Part shown: in pieces, positions 50,701-62,368 of the stretch
How positions within the stretch are numbered: position 1 is the stretch's first letter
Layout of the letters: every line of letters begins with the position of its first letter
Origin: Antedon mediterranea
Taxonomy: Eukaryota; Animalia; Echinodermata
Direction: 5' to 3'
DNA: 64,000 nucleotides
Assembly: GCF_964355755.1 (NCBI RefSeq)
Contig: NC_092677.1
Coordinates: forward strand, 18,808,101 to 18,872,100
Translations under genes and position numbers: made by a program
Notes under the pieces: model-generated
Databases searched by the model: none
Seen by the model: only the letters and a program-made list of their open reading frames with translations
What the model was told of the DNA's origin: nothing

Positions 50701-53700
50701 AACAGAACCAAATAGGATCACCTCGGTCTTTTTATCATTTAGCTTGAGGAAGTTGGAGCCCATCCATTTTCTAATCTCAGCAGTGCATGCTTCTAACCGT
50801 TTTACGGCGGACAGAAACTTGGTCTGGCAAGGCTTGACAGAAACGTAGATTTGTATATCATCTGCATAGAAATGATGACATAATCCGTGTCTTCGTATTG
50901 TTTCAGCAACTGGGGCAACATAGATGGAAAACAGCTGTGGTCCAAGCACCGAACCTTGTGGGACGCCACATAATAGAGGAAGGTCATCTGATGAAACATC
51001 ACCAATGCAGACGGCCTGGGTTCTGTTCCTTAGATATGATGTGAACCAAGACAATGCTTGATCTCTTACCCCAATATCATGTGACAATCTATGAAGAAGC
51101 AGTGAGTGATCTACTGTGTCAAAAGCAGCCGATAAGTCTAGTAAAACTAGAATAACAAGTTCTTGATTATCTATTGATGTCAAAACGTCATTCTGAACAC
51201 GTAGAAGCGCTGTCTCCACACTGTGGTTAGCTTTGTATGCTGATTGGTAAGTTTCATGGAGGTTGTGATTTGACAATGCTTAGAGAGTCTAACTGCAACA
51301 ACACGCTCAATAAGCTTCGAAACAAAGGATAAATTTGAAACCGGTCTATAATTTTTAAGAACTTCTGGGTTGAGGCCAGTCTTCTTCAGCAAAGGCCGTA
51401 CATGTGCTTTCTTTAAATTCTGCGGTACTGTGGATGCGATAAGTGAAAGATTAACTAATTTCATTAGCACTGGAACTATTACAGGAGCGCAATCCCTTAA
51501 AAGCCAAGTTGGAATAGGATCTAGCTCACAAGACTTTATCGGGGATGCCTTGATCAATTTCTCGATCTCCTCATCTGTGGTTGGTTCAAGAATAGACAGT
51601 TGACAGCTTAAAGGAGCCCTTGTACTAAATGTATGCGCATCTTGGAGAACAGATTGAGGAAATCCTGATCGAATTTTAGTGATCTTTTCATTAAAAAACT
51701 CTGAAAAACGTTCAGCAAGAATACTGGTTGATTTACAGGTAGGTAAGGGTGTCTTATTTCCTCTATGCAGTAACGTGTTTACAATTTTGAATAATTGCTT
51801 CTGGTCGCCTACAGCATTATTTACTAGAGCTGAGTGATATTCCAACTTTGCAGTATGAATATGCGATGATACACATTGGCGTTGATGTGTGTAAGCATAC
51901 CAATCAGTTTCGAGACCTGTCTTACGCCATTTCCTCTCCAGCTGCCTTCTTACTTTTTTCTGTTTTCGTATCTCATCAGTATACCATGGAGTTTGCGGTC
52001 GAATAGTCACCAGACGTGACTTAGTTGGAGCAAGTTTATCTATGATTGAACGCAATGTAGAGTTGTACATACATATAGCATCATCAATGTCACATGGAAG
52101 AGATACAGTCAGTGTTAGTGGTAGTAACTCGCTGACAACAGAGTCGGCACAGAGATTCTTGTAGTTACGACTAGAAACTATTTTCTGAGTTGGCGGCGGT
52201 TTATTTAACTGTAACTTACAATGTACGGCTGAGTGGTCAGATATTCAATAATCAACTATTCGAAAATCATCTAGGCTTTGACCTATTGGATTTCTCTGTT
52301 GAGTTGAAATTGCATGAGTGATTTTTATATATCATTATTTTAAGATTTTCATCCAGTAGCACGTAATTTCACATTAACACAAATAATTAAAACCAAAAAT
52401 ATCTGATCAAGCCTCTTTTTCAATTGATGATTTGCTTGTTTTTTTTAGGCCTTACAGTGTAGAAAAAAAAAACATAAATGTGTGGAATACCCTGCGTATT
52501 GCAGCCTACTGTGCTGAATAGCGCACAGGTGTGGATGACACAAACAACAAATAATAATGGATAAAATAATGGTATTCATTTACCACACTGTCTGATGACA
52601 TTGAGGTATTTTCCTGTGCTAAGTATCTTGTTTGCAACCGTCTCAAGGAAGACAGGAATTCTATCCCTACAAATGGTATAGCGTTGTTCCCAATACGCAT
52701 CATTATACTCCCATTGCAATTTCTCTTTATGAACTGAATCGTTTTCTTCCACCATAAACTAAAAAAAAATATTTAAAAATATATAAGAATTCCTGTTTTT
52801 GATGTAGATATATCACAATAATTAATATTAGCTAAACAAATTAAACTACTGTACTATTTTCTCATTTCTCCCCCGGGTATAATCTGCATTTTTGGATCAT
52901 TGGGTATAAGCCCACCCCCCAAACTTGACATAATTTCATGTTCAAGCGGGGTTGGCTTATAATCGCGTCAGTACGGTAGTAGTAATTTTTCATGTCTGGC
53001 TATGCTCACGATTTTTACTTTCCAAGTTGGGCCCTCTGTAAAATTGAATTTGGATTTTCATTAACAAGCTTAGAAATATAGTTTATCGTGTCCTCAACCA
53101 CAGTAGCCCAGTACAGACTGAAACGATGACGCTGCAGAATTAATACAGCACTATACCAATGAAAAATAAACTTATTTTCTTCTTTCTCATATAATAAACT
53201 TTTTCTTCATCAATTTCAACAATTGTACAACAGTACAAATTGTACAGCATATTATAGTTTTCATCTCTTCTAATAAAAAGTTACTCATGCTGTAAACAAG
53301 TTTATGCTAATATGTATAAAAATTGACAATTTACCAACCTCACAATAGGGATCCCGTATAATTCCCTTGTAAATCCATTTTTCAAGTATCTCAAAGTATG
53401 GAACACATGCTGATTGGGTGAGGTAAAGGCACAGATCCTGAGCTTTGGCATCACTGTAAAATAATCACATGGAATTTGATACAAAAATAACATTTCAGGA
53501 ATCATTAATGTTATTACATCTATACAAATGCAGCATAAATAGTTCCCAATGCATTATGGATTAAATGCCACTTTTCACATCTAGTAGTTTGATCTTTCGC
53601 AGGAATTGCAATGTTCAGGGTTAAAAAATAACCTCTAAATCACAGTGGCCGCATTTATACAAATTGAATATATCTTTAAAAAACACCTCTTTTTCAAAAC

Positions 53701-56700
53701 TCAATATTGAGATTTGAACAAAAACAATCTACTGTTCAGACCATTTTTCTGTCAGAGAAAATAAAATTTCCTGAGAATTAGTGATCTGGTCTGTGCAAGT
53801 GTTTATTGCAATACTCCATTATGACCATTTTCTTGTAACGTTACATTTGTGGATACACACCAAGTGTTTTCAAAAGGAATTTTTTGGAGATAATTATTAA
53901 ATCAATAACTTTTTAAAGTGAATTTATATTTTTAATTACCCAATCATTGCTGTTGTTTTCTCATGCAGTAAGCTTAGAACGGATCCACCTGAGCAAGCAC
54001 CTCTCTCAATACAGCTTGCTATTGATGCTAGAACATCAAGTGTCTGCATACAAGGCTGCAGATAGAACCATAGCCTTTGAAGGGGCAGATTCTCTAACAA
54101 GTATTGGTATTCTAATTGAGCAATAAGGATGAAATATTCCTGGAAAAAAACAAAAGAATCTATATATTAATGCTACTAAATTGGTCACATAATTTTACGT
54201 ATCTCCTCCGAAACCGCTGAATTGTACATGCTCACATTTGGTACACTAATGTTTCTTAATATGTCTTACATAATAGGTTTTATCACTTTCCTGAATTTTA
54301 TGGATAAACACTTAAAAAAGGCAAAAAATAACAGTAATTAATTACACGTATCCCTGCAACATAATGTATTTCGAATTCACAATTAGCTCAGTGAGTAAAA
54401 CCTGTGGCCATTGATATCAATGCTTAGTACAGTAGAGTTTGAATCCGCAAATGCTTGTTACATGTAACATTTTTACATACATTATTTAATAGAATATAGA
54501 GGCTGATATGAACTAAGTAAACAGGTGAAACCCAACCATGCCTGACAAAACATTGATCAGTACAGTTTAACAACTATTTCAAGAGTGGCAATTTTCTTGG
54601 TTTTGGTACACATAATTCTGGCCGTAGGCATAGTGGTGCATGACCGAGTAAGGCATGCAATGAAATTGAATTACTACAGCTACCATCTGATAGTAATGTT
54701 GCAATAAGTAATCATGTTTTAATCTTTTCTATATGAGTTTTTGACCTTTAAAATAAAATTAAATTTTGCTTAGAATTTCAAATTTATCAAAAATCAATAA
54801 TACCTTACCTTAATCAGCGTCCTAATTGCTTTAGAGAGGGCATGGTTTACCACACCATACTCAAACGCCACTTTATCCTCAACGAATCTCATGATAGTGG
54901 AGTAGTTGGAACACATTGGTAAGATTCTATAAACTAGCTCTTGAAGCGAAACATCAAGTGTAGGGTCAACATTAAACTCGCGTGGTGTTGCACTACCTGG
55001 CGATGGTTTCACAAAAATGTAACGCCCCTCACTCCCCTAAATAATTTGATATCAATAATAAAATCAATACAAAATGATGCCATGACACCATCATAATTAA
55101 CTCAAAAACAAGTCTTTTCCTTTACGTGTTAAAAATTTCAAATTCTGTTTAATCTCAAGTATGGATATAACATGCCATATGTGTGTAAAAATGTTTTCAT
55201 ATTATATTATTATATAATTATTATTAATAGAACTTGGACAAGATTAACTATTAGTATTGTTACTGTATGTTAGATGCTTGGTTCTAGGTCGATTTAGTTT
55301 TATGGGCAAATAAATGTGACAATCCATTAATTCTTCGAAAATATATGGCGTTTGATTTAAGTACAGGTTCACTAGTCAATGGACAGTATAACACAGGACA
55401 ACCTAGGGCAGGCAGGCAAACATTTTGGGCTTCACTAGTCAATGGACAGTATAAGACATGACAACCTAGGGCAGGCAGGCAAACATTTTGGGCTTCACTA
55501 GTCAATGGACAGTATAAGACATGACAACCTAGGGCAGGCAGGCAAACAGTTTGGGCTTCACTAGTCAATGGACAGTATAAGACATGACAACCTAGGGCAG
55601 GCAGGCAAACATTTTGGGCTTCACTAGTCAATGGACAGTATAACACATGACAACCTAGGGCAGGCAGGCAAACAGTTTGGGCTTCACTAGTCAATGGACA
55701 GTATAACACATGACAACCTAGGGCAGGCAGGCAAACATTTTGGGCTTCACTAGTCAATGGACAGTATAAGACATGACAACCTAGGGCAGGCTGGCAAACA
55801 TTTTGGGCTTTAAAGTATTTGATAATTACACAAACATTTTTTTTCTATAAAAGTTACCTTCAAAACCATGAGGAGATCTTGAACAATTGCTAACTCTTGT
55901 ACAGCAAGTGGTTGATTACCAAGTGGAACACTAGTTTGCGTTGTACCCTTCGCAGATACCACAAACTCATCTGTCAAATGAGGGCGCTCATAGGCCCACG
56001 CAGGAATTACCGGTAGATTAATAGATGCTGAAATTGGAATCGAAATAACTTTTGCCATGACATATAGTAGTAACACCACAATATATGTTGGAACAAATTG
56101 TGGCAATTACCGTACTACTGAAGTACCTAAAAAAAATATTTCAATAGTGCCAGGCTACACATTTTGACCAATACAAACTATCGAACGGCTATTGAGCTGC
56201 TGTAAAATATCTTTTTGTTGACATAAGCATTGCTGATCTAGTGAGATGAGATTGTACAAGATCTGTTTTTGTAAAATGAAACAACAAAGTTTGAATAGAT
56301 TGTACAGTATAATATATACATATTAAAACACATACAACTTTTCTTGGTTTGGCGTTCTCTCATCATCCTACGAAGGGACTCTGAAGTCTGTACTGGACTA
56401 CTGGTGCTGGCAAATGATAGCAGCTGGTTTCTTAACTCTGACACTTCCCTGTCTGACATTTTGGATCCTGAATGGGGTAGTTGCATTTTATCCATTGGTG
56501 TTTCCATCTTCTTAGCATTTTTCTCCAGCGTTTTAACAACAGCTCTATCATCAGATATCTTTGAAAGAAGAGAGACAAGGACATCCAAGTCACGAACACT
56601 GCAAAACAAAGTTTATATTTTATTGTAAATATCTACAAAATAAAACAAGTATTTCAAATCTGTGCTGAAATCTTGCAAAATCTCTACAAATTCTGTATTT

Positions 56701-58299
56701 TATAATTCAATTCACATTTATTTACTCATCGTTTATAAATATAATTTCATAGCATAAATGATAGCAAGGATCCTGCATAGAAAAGTTTTTACTTCTGTTT
56801 TCGCAGGACCCTTTTACATAAAGTAATAATAATTTACATTAGAGTTGTTCATCATCTTAAAGCGATAGTGTTTTTCTAACATGATTATTTATACCTTTAT
56901 TTTGCTTAAAAGAAGTTTATTACTTCCAGTACATGTGAATTCTTTCTTTATATGTTTAGTAAGTAAGTAATAAGATCGTGCAATAAGGTCTTAAAGTAAT
57001 TTCTACAATTTATTGTAACAGAAATAAGCAGAGATGACATTTCCTTTGCCCCCATGCCCTTTTTTATTTTGAATAATTGCAATGCAAAAGATAGGACATT
57101 AAAGTTTAGCACTTCATTTTAGAATTGTTATCCTCTTTGCTTTTCTTATATCAAAATCTTGGATCCACCACTGTAACTTATTATTTAAGCCCCAATCTCC
57201 AGTAACTAATTAGGGAGCTATCGCTTTGGGATTGTCAGAAAGAGAAAAAAGGACAAAAAACTCTGCACATGCATAAAGCTCAGATTACACTCTGTTCCAT
57301 TCTTTGTCCACTGTCCCAAAATAAAAACTCACTTGAATGAAATGCGACAGCCACAGCCACTGCAAACTTATTACAAGTTCACACAGAATTCTAGTCTCAC
57401 AAAGATAACAGATTACTAAACATACTGTACAGGCCTATAAATGTACACTCACTTTTTAGATTTAAGTTCATCATATTTTTTTAGGAAATCATGAGGGGTT
57501 CTAGTGAATTCGGCAATTTTCCTTTTTGCTCCATGAACAGACACTTGAGTTGAGATGTATGGTGTTCTATTCTTTAACAATAAGTCTGTGAACACTTCAG
57601 GACCTTCATCTCCTTTGGTTCTATTAGGTAAAAGGCAATGCAGTAACAATGATTACAAATTGTAATGACTGAAAACAAAAATCAATAATGCTTAATCTAT
57701 TATTATGTCATGTAAAAAAAGTGAAATTAAACTTACAGGGTGGATAAGCTATTTTTTATAATTTATCATGCTTATAAAGTGCTCATTTGAGGCTTCAGGA
57801 GTGGAGTTGAAAGAGTCATGAGTTACAACCCTGGCACTACAGTAGGTCAGGAATGAACCGTGGACCTTGGGATTGGAAGGCAAGCATATTAACCACTAAG
57901 CTACAGCTCCACTAAATTGTGTGTATACGGTAGAAATTTACAAACATTTGAATAAGGTAAGTCAACAAAACATACTTACGATAAACAACTTTTTACTTAT
58001 AACAACAATTCTTAAAATATTACTGGCAGTAATGTATATTCTCTAAAAAGGTTTTATTGGTATTCGCAGCATTAATTTATATAAAATTAACCAACACTAT
58101 AATATTTTTTATAAATTTGACTTGAACTAGATTGGTTTTAAAATAAAGAATTATGATGCGCTGCGTTTGCTGTGGTGCAAAAACTTACAAATAGCAGTAC
58201 AATGACACAAGAAAGAATAATGTAACCCATACTTTTATATTCTTACCCCAAAAGTTTAATAAGTTCACTAACATGGTGATGCACACGAAACTCACTCAT
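35443..58299 (-). CDS. TUBGCP2: Gamma-tubulin complex component 2 (GCP2), 16 coding exons, 893 aa
   Basis: All 16 exons join in frame with GT-AG introns (2682 nt including stop). Starts MSEFRVHHHVSEL. Contains SIKRYFLMEQGDFFVHFMD, GLEAFSFDYIVRWP and YQMLFRHLFYCKHVER, matching GCP2. Confidence 0.96.
36136..36267 (-). CDS. TUBGCP2: TUBGCP2 coding exon 15
   Basis: tttacag|RFTQSMNVEAQ...KKQTTTK|gtcagt. Confidence 0.85.
36335..38575. repeat. 18-bp minisatellite (two parts: ~36335-36799 and 38278-38575) split by a transposon
   Basis: Unit aatatagacactcacctc (minus strand GAGGTGAGTGTCTATATT); it abuts the exon-14 splice donor. Confidence 0.92.
36800..38277. mobile_element. hAT-like element with 5-bp TSD (hAT5-like)
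   Basis: Imperfect TIR ctggggtagcact / agtgcgagcccag, TSD CCTTA, and subterminal tggcgaa/tggctaa/ttagcca repeats. Confidence 0.75.
38573..38716 (-). CDS. TUBGCP2: TUBGCP2 coding exon 14
   Basis: VSNIDDVLEHHTDFLDKCLKDCMLT...FSNCIQ|gtgagt. Confidence 0.92.
39119..39364 (-). CDS. TUBGCP2: TUBGCP2 coding exon 13
   Basis: ALTKYQMLFRHLFYCKHVER...MMFEVIEPNW. Confidence 0.92.
39537..45503. repeat. ~6-kb satellite (18-19-bp units) expanded inside a TA-flanked Tc1/mariner-pogo-like MITE
   Basis: Units ctaatagtaacccacact and ctaatagtaacccccttc. Termini TA|ccgtaaatcttctaatagtaaccc ... gggttacaattagaagatttacgg|TA. Confidence 0.92.
43085..43899 (+). mobile_element. PIF/Harbinger non-autonomous element
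   Basis: Perfect TIR agcccctttctcacaga with TAA/TTA flanks. Internal remnant MSNWRDNEIRELLKIRG resembles the start of a Myb/SANT-like ORF. An empty paralogous site lies at ~41505-41520. Confidence 0.85.
45795..45865 (+). mobile_element. L2-type 3' tail fragment
   Basis: gcgccttgagcac...tgcgctataaaaatc followed by (TTA)n. Confidence 0.55.
46086..46192 (-). CDS. TUBGCP2: TUBGCP2 coding exon 12
   Basis: DPTEIHISGLEAFSFDYIVRWPESLILSRK. Confidence 0.9.
46544..46617 (-). CDS. TUBGCP2: TUBGCP2 coding exon 11
   Basis: PILLPYDLITQLLRILSIESKQEK. Confidence 0.88.
46795..47950 (+). pseudogene. Degenerate L1/Tx1-type ORF1 remnant
   Basis: Reads ...LNQSERFS*RNNI*LTGFEQ...ENC...LERTHRDG...ILIKF, matching the E..SRRNNLR..G..E and ER.HR pattern; split by a Kolobok MITE. 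Confidence 0.55.
46950..47542. mobile_element. Kolobok-like MITE
   Basis: TTAA TSD; TIR agctcaggtacaggca / tgcccgtacctggcct. Confidence 0.75.
48090..48520 (+). pseudogene. Tc1/IS630 (DDE_3) transposase remnant
   Basis: VIFTGECT, KHPTKVHVWAAIS...G and WWET.AESPDLNPI, with frameshifts and a deletion. Confidence 0.8.
48803..48982 (-). CDS. TUBGCP2: TUBGCP2 coding exon 10
   Basis: SIKRYFLMEQGDFF...ADPFKDDLK. Confidence 0.92.
49657..49807 (-). CDS. TUBGCP2: TUBGCP2 coding exon 9
   Basis: RSPACPIAEEILYTLNERE...ELMARLR. Confidence 0.9.
49958..52285 (-). mobile_element. 5'-truncated L2-clade LINE with one frameshift
   Basis: SDHSAV (end of the APE domain), KSCELDPIPT, NYRPVSNL, LLDLSAAFDTVDH, GVPQGSVLGP, YADD and WNHLP. 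Frameshift near 51276; (ATTG)n tail. Confidence 0.93.
52584..52758 (-). CDS. TUBGCP2: TUBGCP2 coding exon 8
   Basis: FMVEE...YWEQRYTI...TGKYLNVIRQC. Confidence 0.9.
53339..53453 (-). CDS. TUBGCP2: TUBGCP2 coding exon 7
   Basis: DAKAQDLCLYLT...KWIYKGIIRDPYCE. Confidence 0.9.
53940..54139 (-). CDS. TUBGCP2: TUBGCP2 coding exon 6
   Basis: EYFILIAQLE...LQRLWFYLQP...GGSVLSLLHEK. Confidence 0.9.
54809..55036 (-). CDS. TUBGCP2: TUBGCP2 coding exon 5
   Basis: GSEGRY...FEYGVVNHALSKAIRTLIK. Confidence 0.9.
55368..55810. repeat. 63-bp minisatellite, ~7 near-identical copies
   Basis: Unit ttcactagtcaatggacagtataagacatgacaacctagggcaggcaggcaaacattttgggc. Confidence 0.95.
55858..56027 (-). CDS. TUBGCP2: TUBGCP2 coding exon 4
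   Basis: PAWAYERPHL...QELAIVQDLLMVLK. Confidence 0.88.
56336..56598 (-). CDS. TUBGCP2: TUBGCP2 coding exon 3
   Basis: VRDLDVLVSLLSKI...RQTKKS; AG/GT boundaries. Confidence 0.88.
57453..57620 (-). CDS. TUBGCP2: TUBGCP2 coding exon 2
   Basis: TKGDEGPEVFTDLLLKNRTPYISTQVS...ELKSK. Confidence 0.9.
57815..57910 (-). mobile_element. tRNA-derived SINE head remnant
   Basis: Minus strand reads tagcttagtggttaa...ggttcattcc (degenerate A and B boxes). Confidence 0.45.
58247..58299 (-). CDS. TUBGCP2: TUBGCP2 coding exon 1
   Basis: MSEFRVHHHVSELIKLLG|gtaag. Confidence 0.9.
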
Positions 58300-58865
58300 T
58301 CTAAGTATTATGAGGACCTAAAAATAACAAATTAAGGTACAATTGTTAAACACAATTATCTTTTTAAGATGAATTATATCCTGTAAAATAAAAAAATTTA
58401 ATATAAAAATATTCACATGGCAAAAGCATACCTTTGCGCCATCAAATCATCGGTAAGTAAGTAAGCCAAAAAATTAGCTTAGGAGGTAATAGTTTGCATG
58501 GGTACAGTACGGTACGGGTTGGTTTGGGCATGGGTTAGCCAACAAAGTGGGTACGAGAGTTGCTGAGTTGACCAATTATTTGGGTACGAGTTAGTAAGTT
58601 AGCCAAGTTGGGTACGAGTTCAAATTGGTTTGGGTACGGGTTGACCAACACCCCTCTACTAGCCTAGCTATCTAGGCTAGCCGCTAGGAGTTAGTGCATA
58701 CTTAGTACTAGAGAGGGGCCTAAAAAGCCCTATAATAGCTAGGCCTAGTAGGCCTAGGCTAGTAGGCTAGCCTAGGCCTAGTAGAGTAGGGCCTAGCTAG
58801 CCTAGTAGTTCAATTATAATAGGCCTAGTACTGCACTTTCGCACCCAATTTAAAACAGTATTCAC

Positions 58866-59400
58866 CCGCTGCTAGTAGGAGTTAACTATTGCAAACCGCC
58901 GCAAACCTTGCTGGAAAAAAATGATATAGAAAGCCTGGGTGCCTTTGGAACAGAAAAAATCAAAACATTTTTTTTTTATTTTTCCCGCACACGACGTACA
59001 ATTCTGTGCTGACCTCGCTTCATAACTCCAACATGACCTACTGACACAAAATGTTTTGATATTTTAAGCTTAGGACTGATATTTATTCATTTTATACCAA
59101 TAATAATAAGAAAAATAATAAAATATGTTATGTCATTTTTTTTTTCGTATATAAAATGTATTCCAATTAATTATTTATATTCATAACTTGATTTATGTAT
59201 TAATAATGCCTGCCACTTAATGTGAAATCGCCATGTTTTTTATTGGATGCAGAGTTCTTTCTGTTTTGTGTCTGCTGCGAGGCATAACATAAACCTAATT
59301 TCTTTTATAATGTTATAGTAATATCTAAATAATTTAACTATAAGCAAGCGAAAGGGTAATTCAAGAATTATATCTTAAACTTCGGTTTGCAGAACAGGTA
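58866..59400. promoter_or_regulatory. Putative TUBGCP2 non-coding first exon/promoter, possibly bidirectional
   Basis: Minus-strand donor GCGG|gtgaat at 58865, acceptor near 58318 before the ATG exon, and a plus-strand CAG|gtaggt at 59397. Inferred. Confidence 0.45.
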
Positions 59401-59966
59401 GGTAGCTAAATTACAAAGCGTTTTGATGTTTTGAAGAAGCTACGACCTTAACTTCTAGACTCGATCCTAGGCCTAGCATATTTTGTGAGGACGTACCTTT
59501 TGAAATAACTAACAAACACTTCTTGATCACCAGTTTTTATAGAAAATAGTTCAGTTACTGCATTCATATTATTATGCAATCTTACTAAAATGCATCTGTT
59601 TCAGCCGATGGTTATCATTGATATAGTTAAAGTTGTGGATTGCAAATGCGAGTCGATCCCCAATGTTTGACCATGAAAATTCGAATAAGGCGCTAGCTAG
59701 CTAGTGTGCGACGTAATTCGGTTTAGCGGTAATTTTCGTTTTTGATGGGCAAAAATAGATTTATACGACAATTTAAACTGCTACTGTACTTTCGCGGCTC
59801 ACAATCTCTTTAATTTGACCCAATTTAAAAACATTTTTGTACAGCAATGATGGTCAGTGACTGTAAAGTCGATAAATATGCCCAGCGATTTCAATTTTTG
59901 TGCGAAAGTAGTGCTGGAAATTTGGTTAAATGGAGTAGTAAATAAAAATTCAATAAAAACTAGGCA

Positions 59967-61128
59967 TAGGGATAACGATGCAAAATTAAAAGTTGTTATT
60001 TTTCAACCAATTTAAACATTATATGTTAGTATTTTGTTTCAATATTCCAATAAAGAAAGAATTACGAAAATCTGACTTGTAGTTTTCGAAATATAAGGTC
60101 TAAAACATCTCCGAAAATGATCGTTTTTGGCCACGAACGTTGTAAACAAATTGCGCCCTCAGTCGACAATTGTATGAACCACACCGTGTTTCGCTAAAAT
60201 AATTACATTTAACATATAATTACGTTTTATAGTAATTTATTTTATATATCAACATTGGAAATGTCAATAAAATATGTTATTAAATGTTTACAAAATATAT
60301 AAAGTTTATTTAACGGAATTCGTACAAATTCATTGCTCTAAATTTGTGTAGTAACGATCAGTACAGACAGACCATGTGACTTCGCGGTACACGCGAGAGA
60401 AAACATTCTGCTGTGGGTGATTCGCGTTCACCAATCAAATAGCCAGGATCCAAAATCATTCAACCGTTAGCCCTGCCGATCGCGGGAAATCTCAACTTTG
60501 ATTGGCTTACGATGACATCATATCACAAAATGGTGGTTTTGTAGTTGAGCCTCACGTAATTTTCACAATTTTATTTAAAAAATGAAATAAATAGACCTTC
60601 TTTATGGTATGTGTGGTTTTTCTCTAAAAGATTTAAATAATAACGGCTTCATATCGAGAAAAAAACGTTTTTTTGGCACTTATAATAAATATTTCTCAGA
60701 GAAAAAAGCACATGGCATGTAGAACTATATTATCTTGGCGTAGGAAGACAAACAAATCCCAGGTCATGAGAGGCTCAACTACAAAAACAAGGTTGAATAG
60801 GGTAAGGTCACTGGACTGTTCGAAGGTTTTTGAGTAAACAATTTACCGCGTATGGTCGTACGCGCTAGACAGTACGATATTTTAACCACATTATTACATG
60901 TTTGGTTGAATGTAATGAAGATAAAAAATAGTTGATCTTATGGAATGATATGTAAATAAATAAATACTTAAAGGAATTATGTTTACAGTTCAATTATTTT
61001 CAGAATAATATTACATAAAAGTGTGTTTACCAATGGACAAATAATCGCGTCAATGACATAGCGCGCATGGTAACGTACGCGGAGTTGAATCGTGGCAATA
61101 ACAATGGAGTCAACTCTCGGTAATCCTA
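59967..61128 (+). mobile_element. TAGGG-ended non-autonomous DNA element, copy 1
   Basis: tagggataacga...ctctcggtaatccta; 7-bp TSD CTAGGCA. Confidence 0.8.
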
Positions 61129-61179
61129 CTAGGCAACAAAATTATAATTTGGCAAATTTATGGAAATCCCTGACACAGA

Positions 61180-62214
61180 TAGGGATAACGATGTAAAATT
61201 AAAAGTTAATATTTTGCAAACAAATTATACATTGCCTGTTAGTATTTTGTATCAATATTATAATAAAGAAAGAATTATAAAAATATGACTTGTAGTTTTC
61301 GAAATATAGGGTTTAAAACATCGCCGAAAATGATCGTTTTTAGCCACGAACGATGTAAACAAATTGCGCCCTCAGTCGACAATTGTATGAACTAGTCATT
61401 TTTCGTTAAAATAATTATATAAAATCACGGTTTTAAGTAATATATTTTGTATATCAACATTGTAAAATTCAATCAAATATGATAGTACTTATTTATTATA
61501 TAAAAGAGTGTTTATTTCACCTTATTTCAACCAATCAAAGGGCGAGAATCCAAAATCGTTCAACCGTGAGACATGCGGAGCGGTCGAATGCGAAGGTTTG
61601 ATTGGCTTGCGATGACATCATACCATAAAATGGCGTTTTTGTAGTCGAGTCTCTCAGAATTTTCTAAAAATTATTTTTAATATGGACAAAACAGATATTT
61701 TTCATGGTATATGGGTTGTTACTATGAAATATTCGAATCATAAAGGCCTCATGTCGGGAAAAAACTGTTTTTTTAGCACTTAAAATTTATATTTTTCTTA
61801 GTAACAAGCACATGGTTTATGTGGAACTATATTATCTTGGTGTAGGTATAAAATACATTTTGAGGTCATAAGAGGCTCAACTACAAAAATAAGGTTGAAA
61901 ATGGTAGGTCATTGAGCCTTCCGAGGGTTTCGTAGTAAACAAAAGCTATACGCGCTAGGCGATAACGATCTTTTAACCACTATATTAACATTTTTGGTTG
62001 AATGAAATGGAAATAAAAAATACTTCATCTTATAGAATAATAGGTAAATGAATATTTACTCAAAAGGATATTTTCATAATTTATTTTCAGAATAATTACC
62101 TAATAAAAAGTGTTTACCAAAGTAAAAAAATACCATGTCAATGACACTGCGCGCATAGTAACTTGCGCTGTTTAATCGTGGTAATGAAAATGGAGTCGGC
62201 TCTCGGTATCCCTA
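61180..62214 (+). mobile_element. TAGGG-ended non-autonomous DNA element, copy 2
   Basis: tagggataacga...ctctcggtatcccta; 7-bp TSD ACACAGA. Confidence 0.82.
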
Positions 62215-62368
62215 ACACAGATCAGCAACGCGCCATGAAAATTTTGCCACGTCAAGAGTGTACCTTTCAGTGTGGACTTTCTTTTTTTGTGTCTTGATTT
62301 GAGCGCCTAGACCTACATACTGTTGATCTGTAATGTATAAAAAGTACTGAAAATAATGTTTACAGTAT

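Noticed and set aside
59967-59984. Resemblance to the I-SceI site (TAGGGATAACAGGGTAAT)
   Set aside because: Only the first 10 bp match contiguously; it is the transposon terminus.
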